Assembly: GCA_030531555.1 (NCBI GenBank)
Contig: JAUNNI010000003.1
Span: 20,130-84,129, forward strand
Length of the DNA stretch: 64,000 nt
Source: Eubacteriales bacterium
GTDB lineage: Bacteria; Bacillota; Clostridia; Lachnospirales; Lachnospiraceae
Reading direction: 5' to 3'
The notes beneath the pieces were generated by a model. That model made no database searches. It was not told the origin of the DNA and worked only from the letters and a program-made list of their open reading frames with translations. Each line of letters opens with the position of its first letter. Position 1 is the stretch's first letter. Of this stretch, positions 26,939 to 34,766 are shown piece after piece. Made by a program: the position numbers and the translations under genes.

Positions 26939-29020
26939 ATGGCAAAAGCAATTATGGTGCAGGGTACCATGTCAAATTCCGGTAAAACATTTGTTACTGC
27001 CGGATTATGCCGTGTATTTAAGCAGGACGGCTACCGCGTTGCACCTTTTAAATCCCAGAATATGGCATTGAATTCCTATATCACAAAGGAAGGTCTCGAG
27101 ATTGGACGTGCCCAGGCCATGCAGGCTGAGGCAGCGATGATTGAGCCAACCCATTGGATGAATCCAATCCTGTTGAAACCAACTTCCCACATGGGATCCC
27201 AGGTCATCGTAAATGGTGAAGTTTATGATAATTTAAGTGCACAGGAATATTACAAGATGAAAGATAATCTGGCACCAGCAGTAAAAGCAGCTTTTGATCA
27301 TCTTGCGTCTGAAAATGATATCATCGTCATCGAAGGTGCCGGCTCCCCAGCGGAGATCAATCTGGCAGAAAATGATATTGTAAATATGGGCATGGCAAAA
27401 ATGGCCGATGCTCCGGTTATTCTTGTGGCTGATATTGACCGTGGTGGTGTTTTTGCTTCCGCTTATGGAACGGTAAAGCTTCTTCCTCAGGAAGACCAGG
27501 ACCGTTTCTGTGGTATTGTCATCAACAAATTCCGTGGAGATGTGGAGATTTTAAGACCAGGTCTTAAGATGTTAGAAGATCTGACAGAGAAACCGGTTCT
27601 CGGTGTTCTTCCACTGGAAAAAATCGATGTGGATGATGAGGATAGCTTATCCGATCGTCTCAATCAGAAAACTATCACAGAAGGAATTGATGTGGCAGTA
27701 ATCCGCCTTCCACACATTTCCAATTTCACGGATTTTAGTGTATTTGAATTGATTAATGGCGTATCTTTACGCTATGTTACCGATAAAAAAGAATTGGGCA
27801 CACCGGACCTTATCCTTCTTCCTGGTACCAAAAATACCATGGCAGATATGGAATGGCTTATTGAGAGCGGTTTGGAAGGTGCCATCATCCGCCAGGCAAG
27901 AAATACAAGAGTTATCGGTATTTGCGGTGGCTTCCAGCTTCTTGGAAAAGAACTCCACGATCCAGATGGCGTAGAGCACGGTGGAGACATGCGAGGGCTT
28001 GGCATTCTTGATACTTCCACTGTATTCCAGGGAGGAAAAACCAGAACCCGTATCCATGGAACCATCGATGAGAACCGTAATATTTACGGCATGGAAAACC
28101 GCGATGTTGAAGGCTATGAGATTCATATGGGTCTTACCACGAACCTTGGTTCTGCCATTCCGATGATTACTTTAGAAGATGGTCGTGTGGATGCTTACAT
28201 GACAGAAGATGGAAGAATCTGGGGAAGCTACCTCCATGGAATCTTTGATAACGAAGATCTGGTATTCGCCTTAGTTCACGATATTATGCGTGAAAAGGGT
28301 ATCGATCCAGAAGCAAATGAGCTGAGTATCGCAGAATACAAAGAGATTCAGTATAATAAATTGGCAGACTTAATCCGCAATAATCTGGATATGGATCAGA
28401 TTTATTCCATTCTTTTTGGTGGACAAAAGGAAGAAAATGTGGATAAAGTCGAAGAAAAATCCGCAAAATGTGGATGCGCAAACCTTCCGGATGACACCTC
28501 CGGAGAAGGTTTGCTTCATCTTTATTGCGGGGATGGCAAAGGAAAAACCACTTGCTGTATGGGATTATTAACCCGCGCAGCCGGCAGTGGTAAAAAGGTT
28601 CTTCTCCATCAATTCTTAAAGGATAACGAATCCAGCGAGAGAAAGCTGGTGGAAAAATTCCCTGGAGTAAAAGTAATCCCAAGCTTAGCCCTTGATAAAT
28701 GGACCTTCCAGATGAATGAGGAAGAGCTTAGGGATCTTCGCGAAAAGAATGATAAGATTTTAGAGGATATCGTTGCACAGGCAGCTTCCTTTGACATGAT
28801 CGTCATGGATGAAGCCCTCTATGCCATTGATAAAAATCTTTTATCCGAAGATAAAGTGATTGAATTTATTGAGAAAAAACCAAGACACCTTGAAGTAGTA
28901 TTAAGTGGAAGAAATCCTTCCGAACGTATGCAGGAGCATGCAGATTATATCTCTGAAATCTGCAAGAGAAAGCATCCATTTGACAGGGGCGTTTCCTCCC
29001 GATTAGGAATTGAAAAATAA
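26939..29020 (+). CDS. cbiP-cobO: cobyric acid synthase fused to a C-terminal CobO/BtuR-type corrinoid adenosyltransferase
   Basis: CbiP: QGTMSNSGK, FKSQNM, EGAGSPAEINL, GICGGFQ, GYEIH, SYLHG. Last ~190 aa: HLYCGDGKGKTT, QFLK, MDEA, EVVLSGRNP, ADYISE, KHPF, GIE. Confidence 0.92.
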   Translation: MAKAIMVQGTMSNSGKTFVTAGLCRVFKQDGYRVAPFKSQNMALNSYITKEGLEIGRAQAMQAEAAMIEPTHWMNPILLKPTSHMGSQVIVNGEVYDNLSAQEYYKMKDNLAPAVKAAFDHLASENDIIVIEGAGSPAEINLAENDIVNMGMAKMADAPVILVADIDRGGVFASAYGTVKLLPQEDQDRFCGIVINKFRGDVEILRPGLKMLEDLTEKPVLGVLPLEKIDVDDEDSLSDRLNQKTITEGIDVAVIRLPHISNFTDFSVFELINGVSLRYVTDKKELGTPDLILLPGTKNTMADMEWLIESGLEGAIIRQARNTRVIGICGGFQLLGKELHDPDGVEHGGDMRGLGILDTSTVFQGGKTRTRIHGTIDENRNIYGMENRDVEGYEIHMGLTTNLGSAIPMITLEDGRVDAYMTEDGRIWGSYLHGIFDNEDLVFALVHDIMREKGIDPEANELSIAEYKEIQYNKLADLIRNNLDMDQIYSILFGGQKEENVDKVEEKSAKCGCANLPDDTSGEGLLHLYCGDGKGKTTCCMGLLTRAAGSGKKVLLHQFLKDNESSERKLVEKFPGVKVIPSLALDKWTFQMNEEELRDLREKNDKILEDIVAQAASFDMIVMDEALYAIDKNLLSEDKVIEFIEKKPRHLEVVLSGRNPSERMQEHADYISEICKRKHPFDRGVSSRLGIEK

Positions 29021-29637
29021 TGGCTTACTTTCCAATATTTACGGACCTTTCTCATCAGAAATGTATCATTTTTGGTGGAGGAAAGGTCGCGTTTCGAAAA
29101 ATAGAATCCTTGATGAAATACGATGCGGATGTGGAAGTCATTTCTTTGGATTTTGATCCGGAAATTGAAAAGATTTTGCCGGAGGACAAACTGCATCAGG
29201 AAGCAATCGAGAAGGATAATATGCTTTCCTGGCTTTCCCAAGCAGATTTTGTCATCGCAGCTACCAGCAGCAGAAGGATCAATCAATCTATTTCAAGCTG
29301 GTGTCATGAAAATCATATTTTGGTGGATGTCATTGATGCACCGGGAGAATGTACTTTCCTCTTCCCTTCCATTGTAAAAAGGGGAGAGATCAGTATCGGA
29401 ATTAATACAGGTGGGAAAAGCCCTATTGTATCCAAGAAGATCCGTCAGGAGATTGAAAAAGCAATCCCGGAATATTACGGGGAGATAGCGGATCAGCTTG
29501 GTCAGGTAAGAATTTATGTGAAGGAACATTTTCCAGAAGAAGGGGATCGCCGTCGCATCTTAAAAGAAGTAGCGGGACAGGCTTTTGTCAGAGAGAGAGC
29601 TCTTCTTGAGGAAGAATTACTTGAGATTCTTAAGTAA
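29020..29637 (+). CDS. sirC: precorrin-2 dehydrogenase / sirohydrochlorin ferrochelatase (CysG N-terminal/SirC)
   Basis: YFPIF, FGGGKVAFRK, VIAATS, FLFPSIVKRG, TGGKSP. Confidence 0.9.
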   Translation: MAYFPIFTDLSHQKCIIFGGGKVAFRKIESLMKYDADVEVISLDFDPEIEKILPEDKLHQEAIEKDNMLSWLSQADFVIAATSSRRINQSISSWCHENHILVDVIDAPGECTFLFPSIVKRGEISIGINTGGKSPIVSKKIRQEIEKAIPEYYGEIADQLGQVRIYVKEHFPEEGDRRRILKEVAGQAFVRERALLEEELLEILK

Positions 29638-29764
29638 GAGGGCCCATTTCTTTCATCCGCAGGACTTAAAGCAAGAAATAAATTTTCATTGCAAGGAAAA
29701 CTGATTTGTTGTATTCTACAAGTTAGGTTATCAACATCAAAATTAAATGTTAGGATATAGAAGA

Positions 29765-30184
29765 ATGATTCAACTTGTAGAAGATCAATTAGATATTGAC
29801 ACTTACCTTCGTCTGAGACAGGCGGTGAACTTTAAACCATTGACCAGAGATCAGGCCCAGAGAGCGCTCAGTAATAGTCTGTATATTTTGACAGCCTACA
29901 TGGATGGCAAAGCGGTCGGTATGGGTCGAATCGTGGGAGATGCTTCGGTGGTTTGCTATGTTCAGGATCTTATCATCCTGCCGGAAGTACAGGGTCAGGG
30001 AATCGGAGGATTGATTCTTGAGACTTTGAAAAAGTTCGTCATCAACATTGGATTTGAAGGAACAACCATGATGTTCTGCCTCATGTGTGCAAAAGGCAGA
30101 GAACATTTTTATGAAAAACATGGTTTCATTGCCAGACCGACGGAGAATCTTGGCCCGGGAATGATCACATATCTGGAGCTGTAA
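29765..30184 (+). CDS. GNAT family N-acetyltransferase
   Basis: VGMGRIVGD, VQDLIILPEVQGQGIGG (motif A), FYEKHGF. Upstream TTGCAA-N17-TATTCT promoter-like sequence. Confidence 0.88.
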   Translation: MIQLVEDQLDIDTYLRLRQAVNFKPLTRDQAQRALSNSLYILTAYMDGKAVGMGRIVGDASVVCYVQDLIILPEVQGQGIGGLILETLKKFVINIGFEGTTMMFCLMCAKGREHFYEKHGFIARPTENLGPGMITYLEL

Positions 30185-30218
30185 AGGACAGCTTCACCAT
30201 GAAAGAGGAGGAAAAGAT

Positions 30219-31187
30219 ATGATTAGAAGAAGAAGATTAAGATCCAGCGCAGGAATGAGAGCATTGGTTCGCGAGACATCCGTAGTTGTTAACGATCTCA
30301 TTTACCCTCTTTTTGTCGTAGAAGGAGAAAACCAGAAGAATCCAATTCCATCCATGCCTGGAATCTATCAGTTCAGCTTAGACCGCATCGATGAAGAATT
30401 GGACCGCATCCGCGAAGCGGGTGTTATGGGTGTTCTTTTATTCGGTATTCCAGAACACAAAGATGAAGTAGGATCCGAAGCTTATAACGAACATGGTATC
30501 ATCCAGGAAGCCATCCGTTATATCAAAAAAGTATTTCCTGAGCTTGTTGTAATCGCTGACATCTGTCTTTGCGAATACACATCCCATGGCCACTGTGGTC
30601 TCATTGAAAATGGAGAAATCTTAAATGATGCGACTCTTCCACTTCTTGCAAAAACAGCGGTAACCTGTGCACAGGCAGGTGCTGACATGGTAGCTCCATC
30701 CAACATGATGGATGGTCATGTAGAGGCAATCCGTGAAGCATTGGATGAAGCAGGTCTTCAGACAACACCAATCATGGCTTACAGTGCAAAAATGGCTTCC
30801 GGTTACTACGGACCATTCCGTGATGCAGCACATTCCGCACCAGGATTTGGCGATCGTAAAACTTACCAGATGGATTACCATAACCCAAGAGAAGCAATGC
30901 GTGATATCTGGGATGATATTGATGAAGGTGCTGACATCATCATCGTTAAACCAGCACTCGCTTACCTTGATATCTTAAAAACAGCTTCCATGGAAACCAA
31001 TATGCCTCTTGCAGCATACAATGTAAGTGGGGAATACTCCATCGTAAAAGCTGCAGCAGCCAACGGCTGGGTAGATGAAAAGAAACTGGTTATGGAAAAT
31101 ATGATCGGTATGAAACGTGCCGGCGCACAGATGATCATCACTTACCACGCACTTGATGTGGCAAAATGGATCAAAGAAGGATATTAA
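30219..31187 (+). CDS. hemB: porphobilinogen synthase
   Basis: RRLR, DICLCEYTSHGHCG (Zn site), APSNMMDG, YSAK...YGPFRDA, VKP, AYNVSGEY. Confidence 0.97.
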   Translation: MIRRRRLRSSAGMRALVRETSVVVNDLIYPLFVVEGENQKNPIPSMPGIYQFSLDRIDEELDRIREAGVMGVLLFGIPEHKDEVGSEAYNEHGIIQEAIRYIKKVFPELVVIADICLCEYTSHGHCGLIENGEILNDATLPLLAKTAVTCAQAGADMVAPSNMMDGHVEAIREALDEAGLQTTPIMAYSAKMASGYYGPFRDAAHSAPGFGDRKTYQMDYHNPREAMRDIWDDIDEGADIIIVKPALAYLDILKTASMETNMPLAAYNVSGEYSIVKAAAANGWVDEKKLVMENMIGMKRAGAQMIITYHALDVAKWIKEGY

Positions 31188-31215
31188 GAAAAATTCAAAT
31201 CGTTACTTTTTTACG

Positions 31216-31249
31216 ACAGGCCCATGTAATGAACATGGGTCTGTTTTTT
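31216..31249 (+). terminator. intrinsic terminator after hemB
   Basis: ACAGGCCCATGT-AATGA-ACATGGGTCTGT followed by a T run. Confidence 0.85.
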
Positions 31250-31358
31250 GTAAAATTATCGTAAAAATAATGTGTTGAAAAGATATGTTTTCGTAGTATA
31301 TAATACTAAATTGATGGAATTTTAGTGAAATATTTAAAATAGAATAGGAAGAGAAGAT

Positions 31359-32249
31359 ATGATTCATTCAATGAAAAGAGGAAGTGCCCGTTTTCTTTTC
31401 AGTGCGATTTTTTTGGGGATTCTTCTCCTTCTTCTGGGGCTTTTTGTCTCCACTGGCATTTATTCCGGAGTGAAATTCTCCGAGGAGAAAGGAATGACAA
31501 AAATTTATCTGGAAAGGAAGCGTTTTTTTGCGGATCAATGTCAGGCATTATCCATAGAAGGAAAGTGTTTGATTATAAAAGAAGGGGGAATCTATCAATT
31601 ATCCGGCATCATGGATGATGGTCAGATTATTGTGGATGCGGATAAAGAGGAGAAAATCACTTTGAAATTAGACTCCGTTGATATCACTTGTAAAGATTCT
31701 GCTCCTCTGTTTGTGAAATCTGCAGATCAGGTGGTAATCAAATTAAAAAAGGGCAGTGTTAATTATTTTAGAGATGGTTCGGAATATAAAGAAGTGGCCG
31801 ACGGAAAGATTCAGCCTAGAGCCTGTATCGATTCCAGAGAAGATCTAAAGATTAAAGGTCCTTATGGAAGCCTTATCGTGGAAGGCAATTATAAACATGG
31901 AATCTGCAGCAGTGATGATCTCAAAATAAAAAGTGGTAACATAGAGATTCATGCAGTAAATACTGCATTAAAAGGCAAAGATTCTGTGAAAATCATCGAT
32001 GGAAAGCTGGTATTAGATGCTGGAAAAGATGGAATCTATAGTGATCAAATTGTCAGGTTAGAAAAAGGACAGATTGCCATCAAAGCAAGTCGCTATGGAA
32101 TCTTTGGCAGAGAAAGTTTGAATTTTTCTACGGATTGTCAGGTTACCATAGAGGGAAGCCTGTCCCCGGTGGCAGGAAATGATTTTCTTGCATTGCCAGA
32201 ATCCATTCAGATCATAGAAAATAGTGAACCAACAGATTCAAAAGAATAG
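31359..32249 (+). CDS. Cthe_2159/DUF4353-like beta-helix carbohydrate-binding protein, N-terminal membrane anchor
   Basis: GIYQLSG...GQIIVDA, APLFVKSA, ACIDSREDLKI, GNYKHGICSSDDLKI, DGIYS; hydrophobic N-terminus. Confidence 0.82.
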   Translation: MIHSMKRGSARFLFSAIFLGILLLLLGLFVSTGIYSGVKFSEEKGMTKIYLERKRFFADQCQALSIEGKCLIIKEGGIYQLSGIMDDGQIIVDADKEEKITLKLDSVDITCKDSAPLFVKSADQVVIKLKKGSVNYFRDGSEYKEVADGKIQPRACIDSREDLKIKGPYGSLIVEGNYKHGICSSDDLKIKSGNIEIHAVNTALKGKDSVKIIDGKLVLDAGKDGIYSDQIVRLEKGQIAIKASRYGIFGRESLNFSTDCQVTIEGSLSPVAGNDFLALPESIQIIENSEPTDSKE

Positions 32250-32260
32250 AAGGAAAAACG

Positions 32261-33073
32261 ATGGCAGATATAACAGTATTTCAAAGACATGAGAAAAAGT
32301 TTTTGATGGATGTGGAGACCATGGAAAGAATCCTTCCTGAAATCAAAAAACATATGGATCCTGATAAGTATTGCCAAAATGGACGGACTTATGCCATCAG
32401 TAACCTGTATTTTGATACAGAAAATAATGATGTGATTCGGGAATCTTTACAAAAACCATTTTATAAAGAAAAATTACGAATGCGCTGCTACGGTGTACCC
32501 AAAAACGACCAGTCGCAGGTGTTTTTGGAAATTAAAAAGAAAGTCAATAAGGTTGTGACAAAGCGCCGCGTCAAATTAACATACGGAGAGGCAAAACTCT
32601 TTCTCTATTATGGAATCTTTCCAGAGACGGATGATTATATGACCAATCAGGTGCTGAAAGAGATTCAGTATTATCTGACCCATAAAAATGTATATGCTTC
32701 CACCAGGATTTCCTATGACAGGCATGCATTTTTTGATCGGGAGGACAGTAGTTTTCGTCTGACTTTTGATGAGAATCTTTTTTATTTGAAAGGAGAATGT
32801 CCCGACAATATCAAAGATTTTATCAAAGGGCTTGCAAAGCCTGGTGGTGTAAATTATCAGGATTCCCGCAAAGGAAAGCGAATTATACCGGAACATCTTC
32901 GTCTGATGGAGGTTAAGGTGAGCAATGCTTATCCCATGTGGTTTGCCAGACTTTTGAGCGATGATGGGATTTTTGCCACATCTTTTTCCAAATATGGGGT
33001 GTCCTACAAACACGAACTGTTAAATGATGAATCTTTTGATTCTGAAATGTTTGATGTCTTATCTCATATTTAA
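32261..33073 (+). CDS. VTC/polyphosphate polymerase domain protein (CYTH-like tunnel fold)
   Basis: RHEKKF (ExK), NLYFDT, EKLRMRCY, FLEIKKK, KRR, YDRHAF, RLTFD, LMEVK, FSKY. Confidence 0.88.
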   Translation: MADITVFQRHEKKFLMDVETMERILPEIKKHMDPDKYCQNGRTYAISNLYFDTENNDVIRESLQKPFYKEKLRMRCYGVPKNDQSQVFLEIKKKVNKVVTKRRVKLTYGEAKLFLYYGIFPETDDYMTNQVLKEIQYYLTHKNVYASTRISYDRHAFFDREDSSFRLTFDENLFYLKGECPDNIKDFIKGLAKPGGVNYQDSRKGKRIIPEHLRLMEVKVSNAYPMWFARLLSDDGIFATSFSKYGVSYKHELLNDESFDSEMFDVLSHI

Positions 33074-33135
33074 AAGGCAGATCATGGAAAAGAGAAAATT
33101 AAAAAGAGAAATATGAATCGAAAAAGGAGAAAATT

Positions 33136-33852
33136 ATGTTATTAGCAAATGGATTGCTTTCTGTATTTGATGCAGATATTGCAATGAATGTCAGCCCAAT
33201 GAGCTTTTTACTGATCTTACTATCTTCCATCTTATGTGGCTTAGTAATCAGCGGGGCATATGTTTTTCATAAAAGAAATGATGTGTTACAAGGCGGAATG
33301 GCCATTGTCATGGTAATTGTTCCAGCCGCCGCAGGTATTGTTATTATGCTGGTCGGAAGAAATATCGCAGCAGCCCTTGGCTTAAGTGGTATCTTCGTTT
33401 TAGTTCGTTTTCGAAGTGCAGCGGTGGAAAGCAAGGATTTGGGTTATCTTTTTGTATCCATTTGCTCCGGAGTCTTAAATGGTTGTGGCTACGTGGCCTA
33501 TGCCATTATATTTACAGGTATTTTAGTGCTTCTGATTTCTGTTTTAGAGTTCGCAGGCTGGGGGCAGACCAGTGGAAAGCCGATGTTGTTGAAGATTTGG
33601 GTGCCGGAATCCCTTGATTTTCAGGGAGTATTTGAACCGGTTTTACGCCAGCATACGGAAGAATATACGCTTCTTATGGTGCGTACCACTGATTTTGGTT
33701 CCAATTGTGAACTTCGATATCGTCTGATTCCCAAAAAAGATATGAAACAGAAACAGCTTTTGGATGATATTCGTACTAGAAATGGCAATATGAATGTGGT
33801 GCTGATCATCGCTCCTCAGATTGTGGAGCGAAATAGTAAACAGGTATTATAA
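33136..33852 (+). CDS. DUF4956 family membrane protein
   Basis: IVIMLVGRNIAAALGLSGIFVLVRFRSA...SKDLGY, followed by a C-terminal ACT-like region (ELRYRL); adjacent to the VTC gene. Confidence 0.88.
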   Translation: MLLANGLLSVFDADIAMNVSPMSFLLILLSSILCGLVISGAYVFHKRNDVLQGGMAIVMVIVPAAAGIVIMLVGRNIAAALGLSGIFVLVRFRSAAVESKDLGYLFVSICSGVLNGCGYVAYAIIFTGILVLLISVLEFAGWGQTSGKPMLLKIWVPESLDFQGVFEPVLRQHTEEYTLLMVRTTDFGSNCELRYRLIPKKDMKQKQLLDDIRTRNGNMNVVLIIAPQIVERNSKQVL

Positions 33853-34752
33853 ATGAGAAGAAAACGAAAGTTTTTTATGAAAAATAACAAAGGGTATCTG
33901 GTTCTGCTTCTCATGATGATTCTGGCAGCTGCCTGTTTTGGCCTGTTAAAAGAAGTTACCAGATATGGCAAAGATGAAAAGGAAGCCGGTAAGCGAAATT
34001 ATGGGGTCATGGAGGTAATCTGCCCGAAACTTAGTGAGAGTGCAGATGCTTTTCTGATCTTGGAAGGAAAGCATGCAATTTTGATTGATACTGGTGTGAC
34101 TCAGGATACAGAAACTCTTCTTGCCATGTTGGAGCAATACGAGGTGAATCATTTGGATGCCCTGATTCTTACCCATTATGATAAAGATCACATCGGAGGT
34201 GCTGCAGGGGTACTCAAAGCTCTTACTGTGGAAAAGTGCTATATGACCTGTGGCTCGGAAGATAGTGCAGAGTATAGAGCATTTATGGATGCTTTAGTAG
34301 AAAATGGGGCGGAGCAGATTCTTCCAACAACAACCCTTACTGTACAAAATCAGGATAGTAGCTATACAATCTATCCACCGCTATCTTATACCTATGAAAA
34401 AAACAATGACAACAATCGTTCCCTGATTGTCACATTTTCCTATGAAGGAAAACACCTTCTTTTTGCGGGGGATGCGCAAGGATTGCGTATGAACGAGTAT
34501 TTAAAACAGCAATATGATGGCAGCTCTTTTGATTTTGTGAAGATTCCTCATCATGGAAGAAATAAAAAGCCGGTGGAACTGCTGCTGAAAAAAGGGATTC
34601 CTTCTCTTGCGTTAATTACTTCGTCAGAGGAAGAGCCGGCGGACGAAGATCTTGTGGAACAATTAAATCAAGCTGGAATCACTGTGGCTTATCCAAAAGA
34701 TGGGAATGTCATTGTTCAGGTTGATCAGGAAGGAATTCGATTTCTTCCGTAG
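33853..34752 (+). CDS. ComEC/Rec2-like metallo-beta-lactamase-fold hydrolase, membrane anchored
   Basis: ILIDTG, LILTHYDKDHIGG, NDNNRS, LFAGDA, KIPHHG; N-terminal TM helix. Confidence 0.85.
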   Translation: MRRKRKFFMKNNKGYLVLLLMMILAAACFGLLKEVTRYGKDEKEAGKRNYGVMEVICPKLSESADAFLILEGKHAILIDTGVTQDTETLLAMLEQYEVNHLDALILTHYDKDHIGGAAGVLKALTVEKCYMTCGSEDSAEYRAFMDALVENGAEQILPTTTLTVQNQDSSYTIYPPLSYTYEKNNDNNRSLIVTFSYEGKHLLFAGDAQGLRMNEYLKQQYDGSSFDFVKIPHHGRNKKPVELLLKKGIPSLALITSSEEEPADEDLVEQLNQAGITVAYPKDGNVIVQVDQEGIRFLP

Positions 34753-34766
34753 AAATGGAGTGAAAA

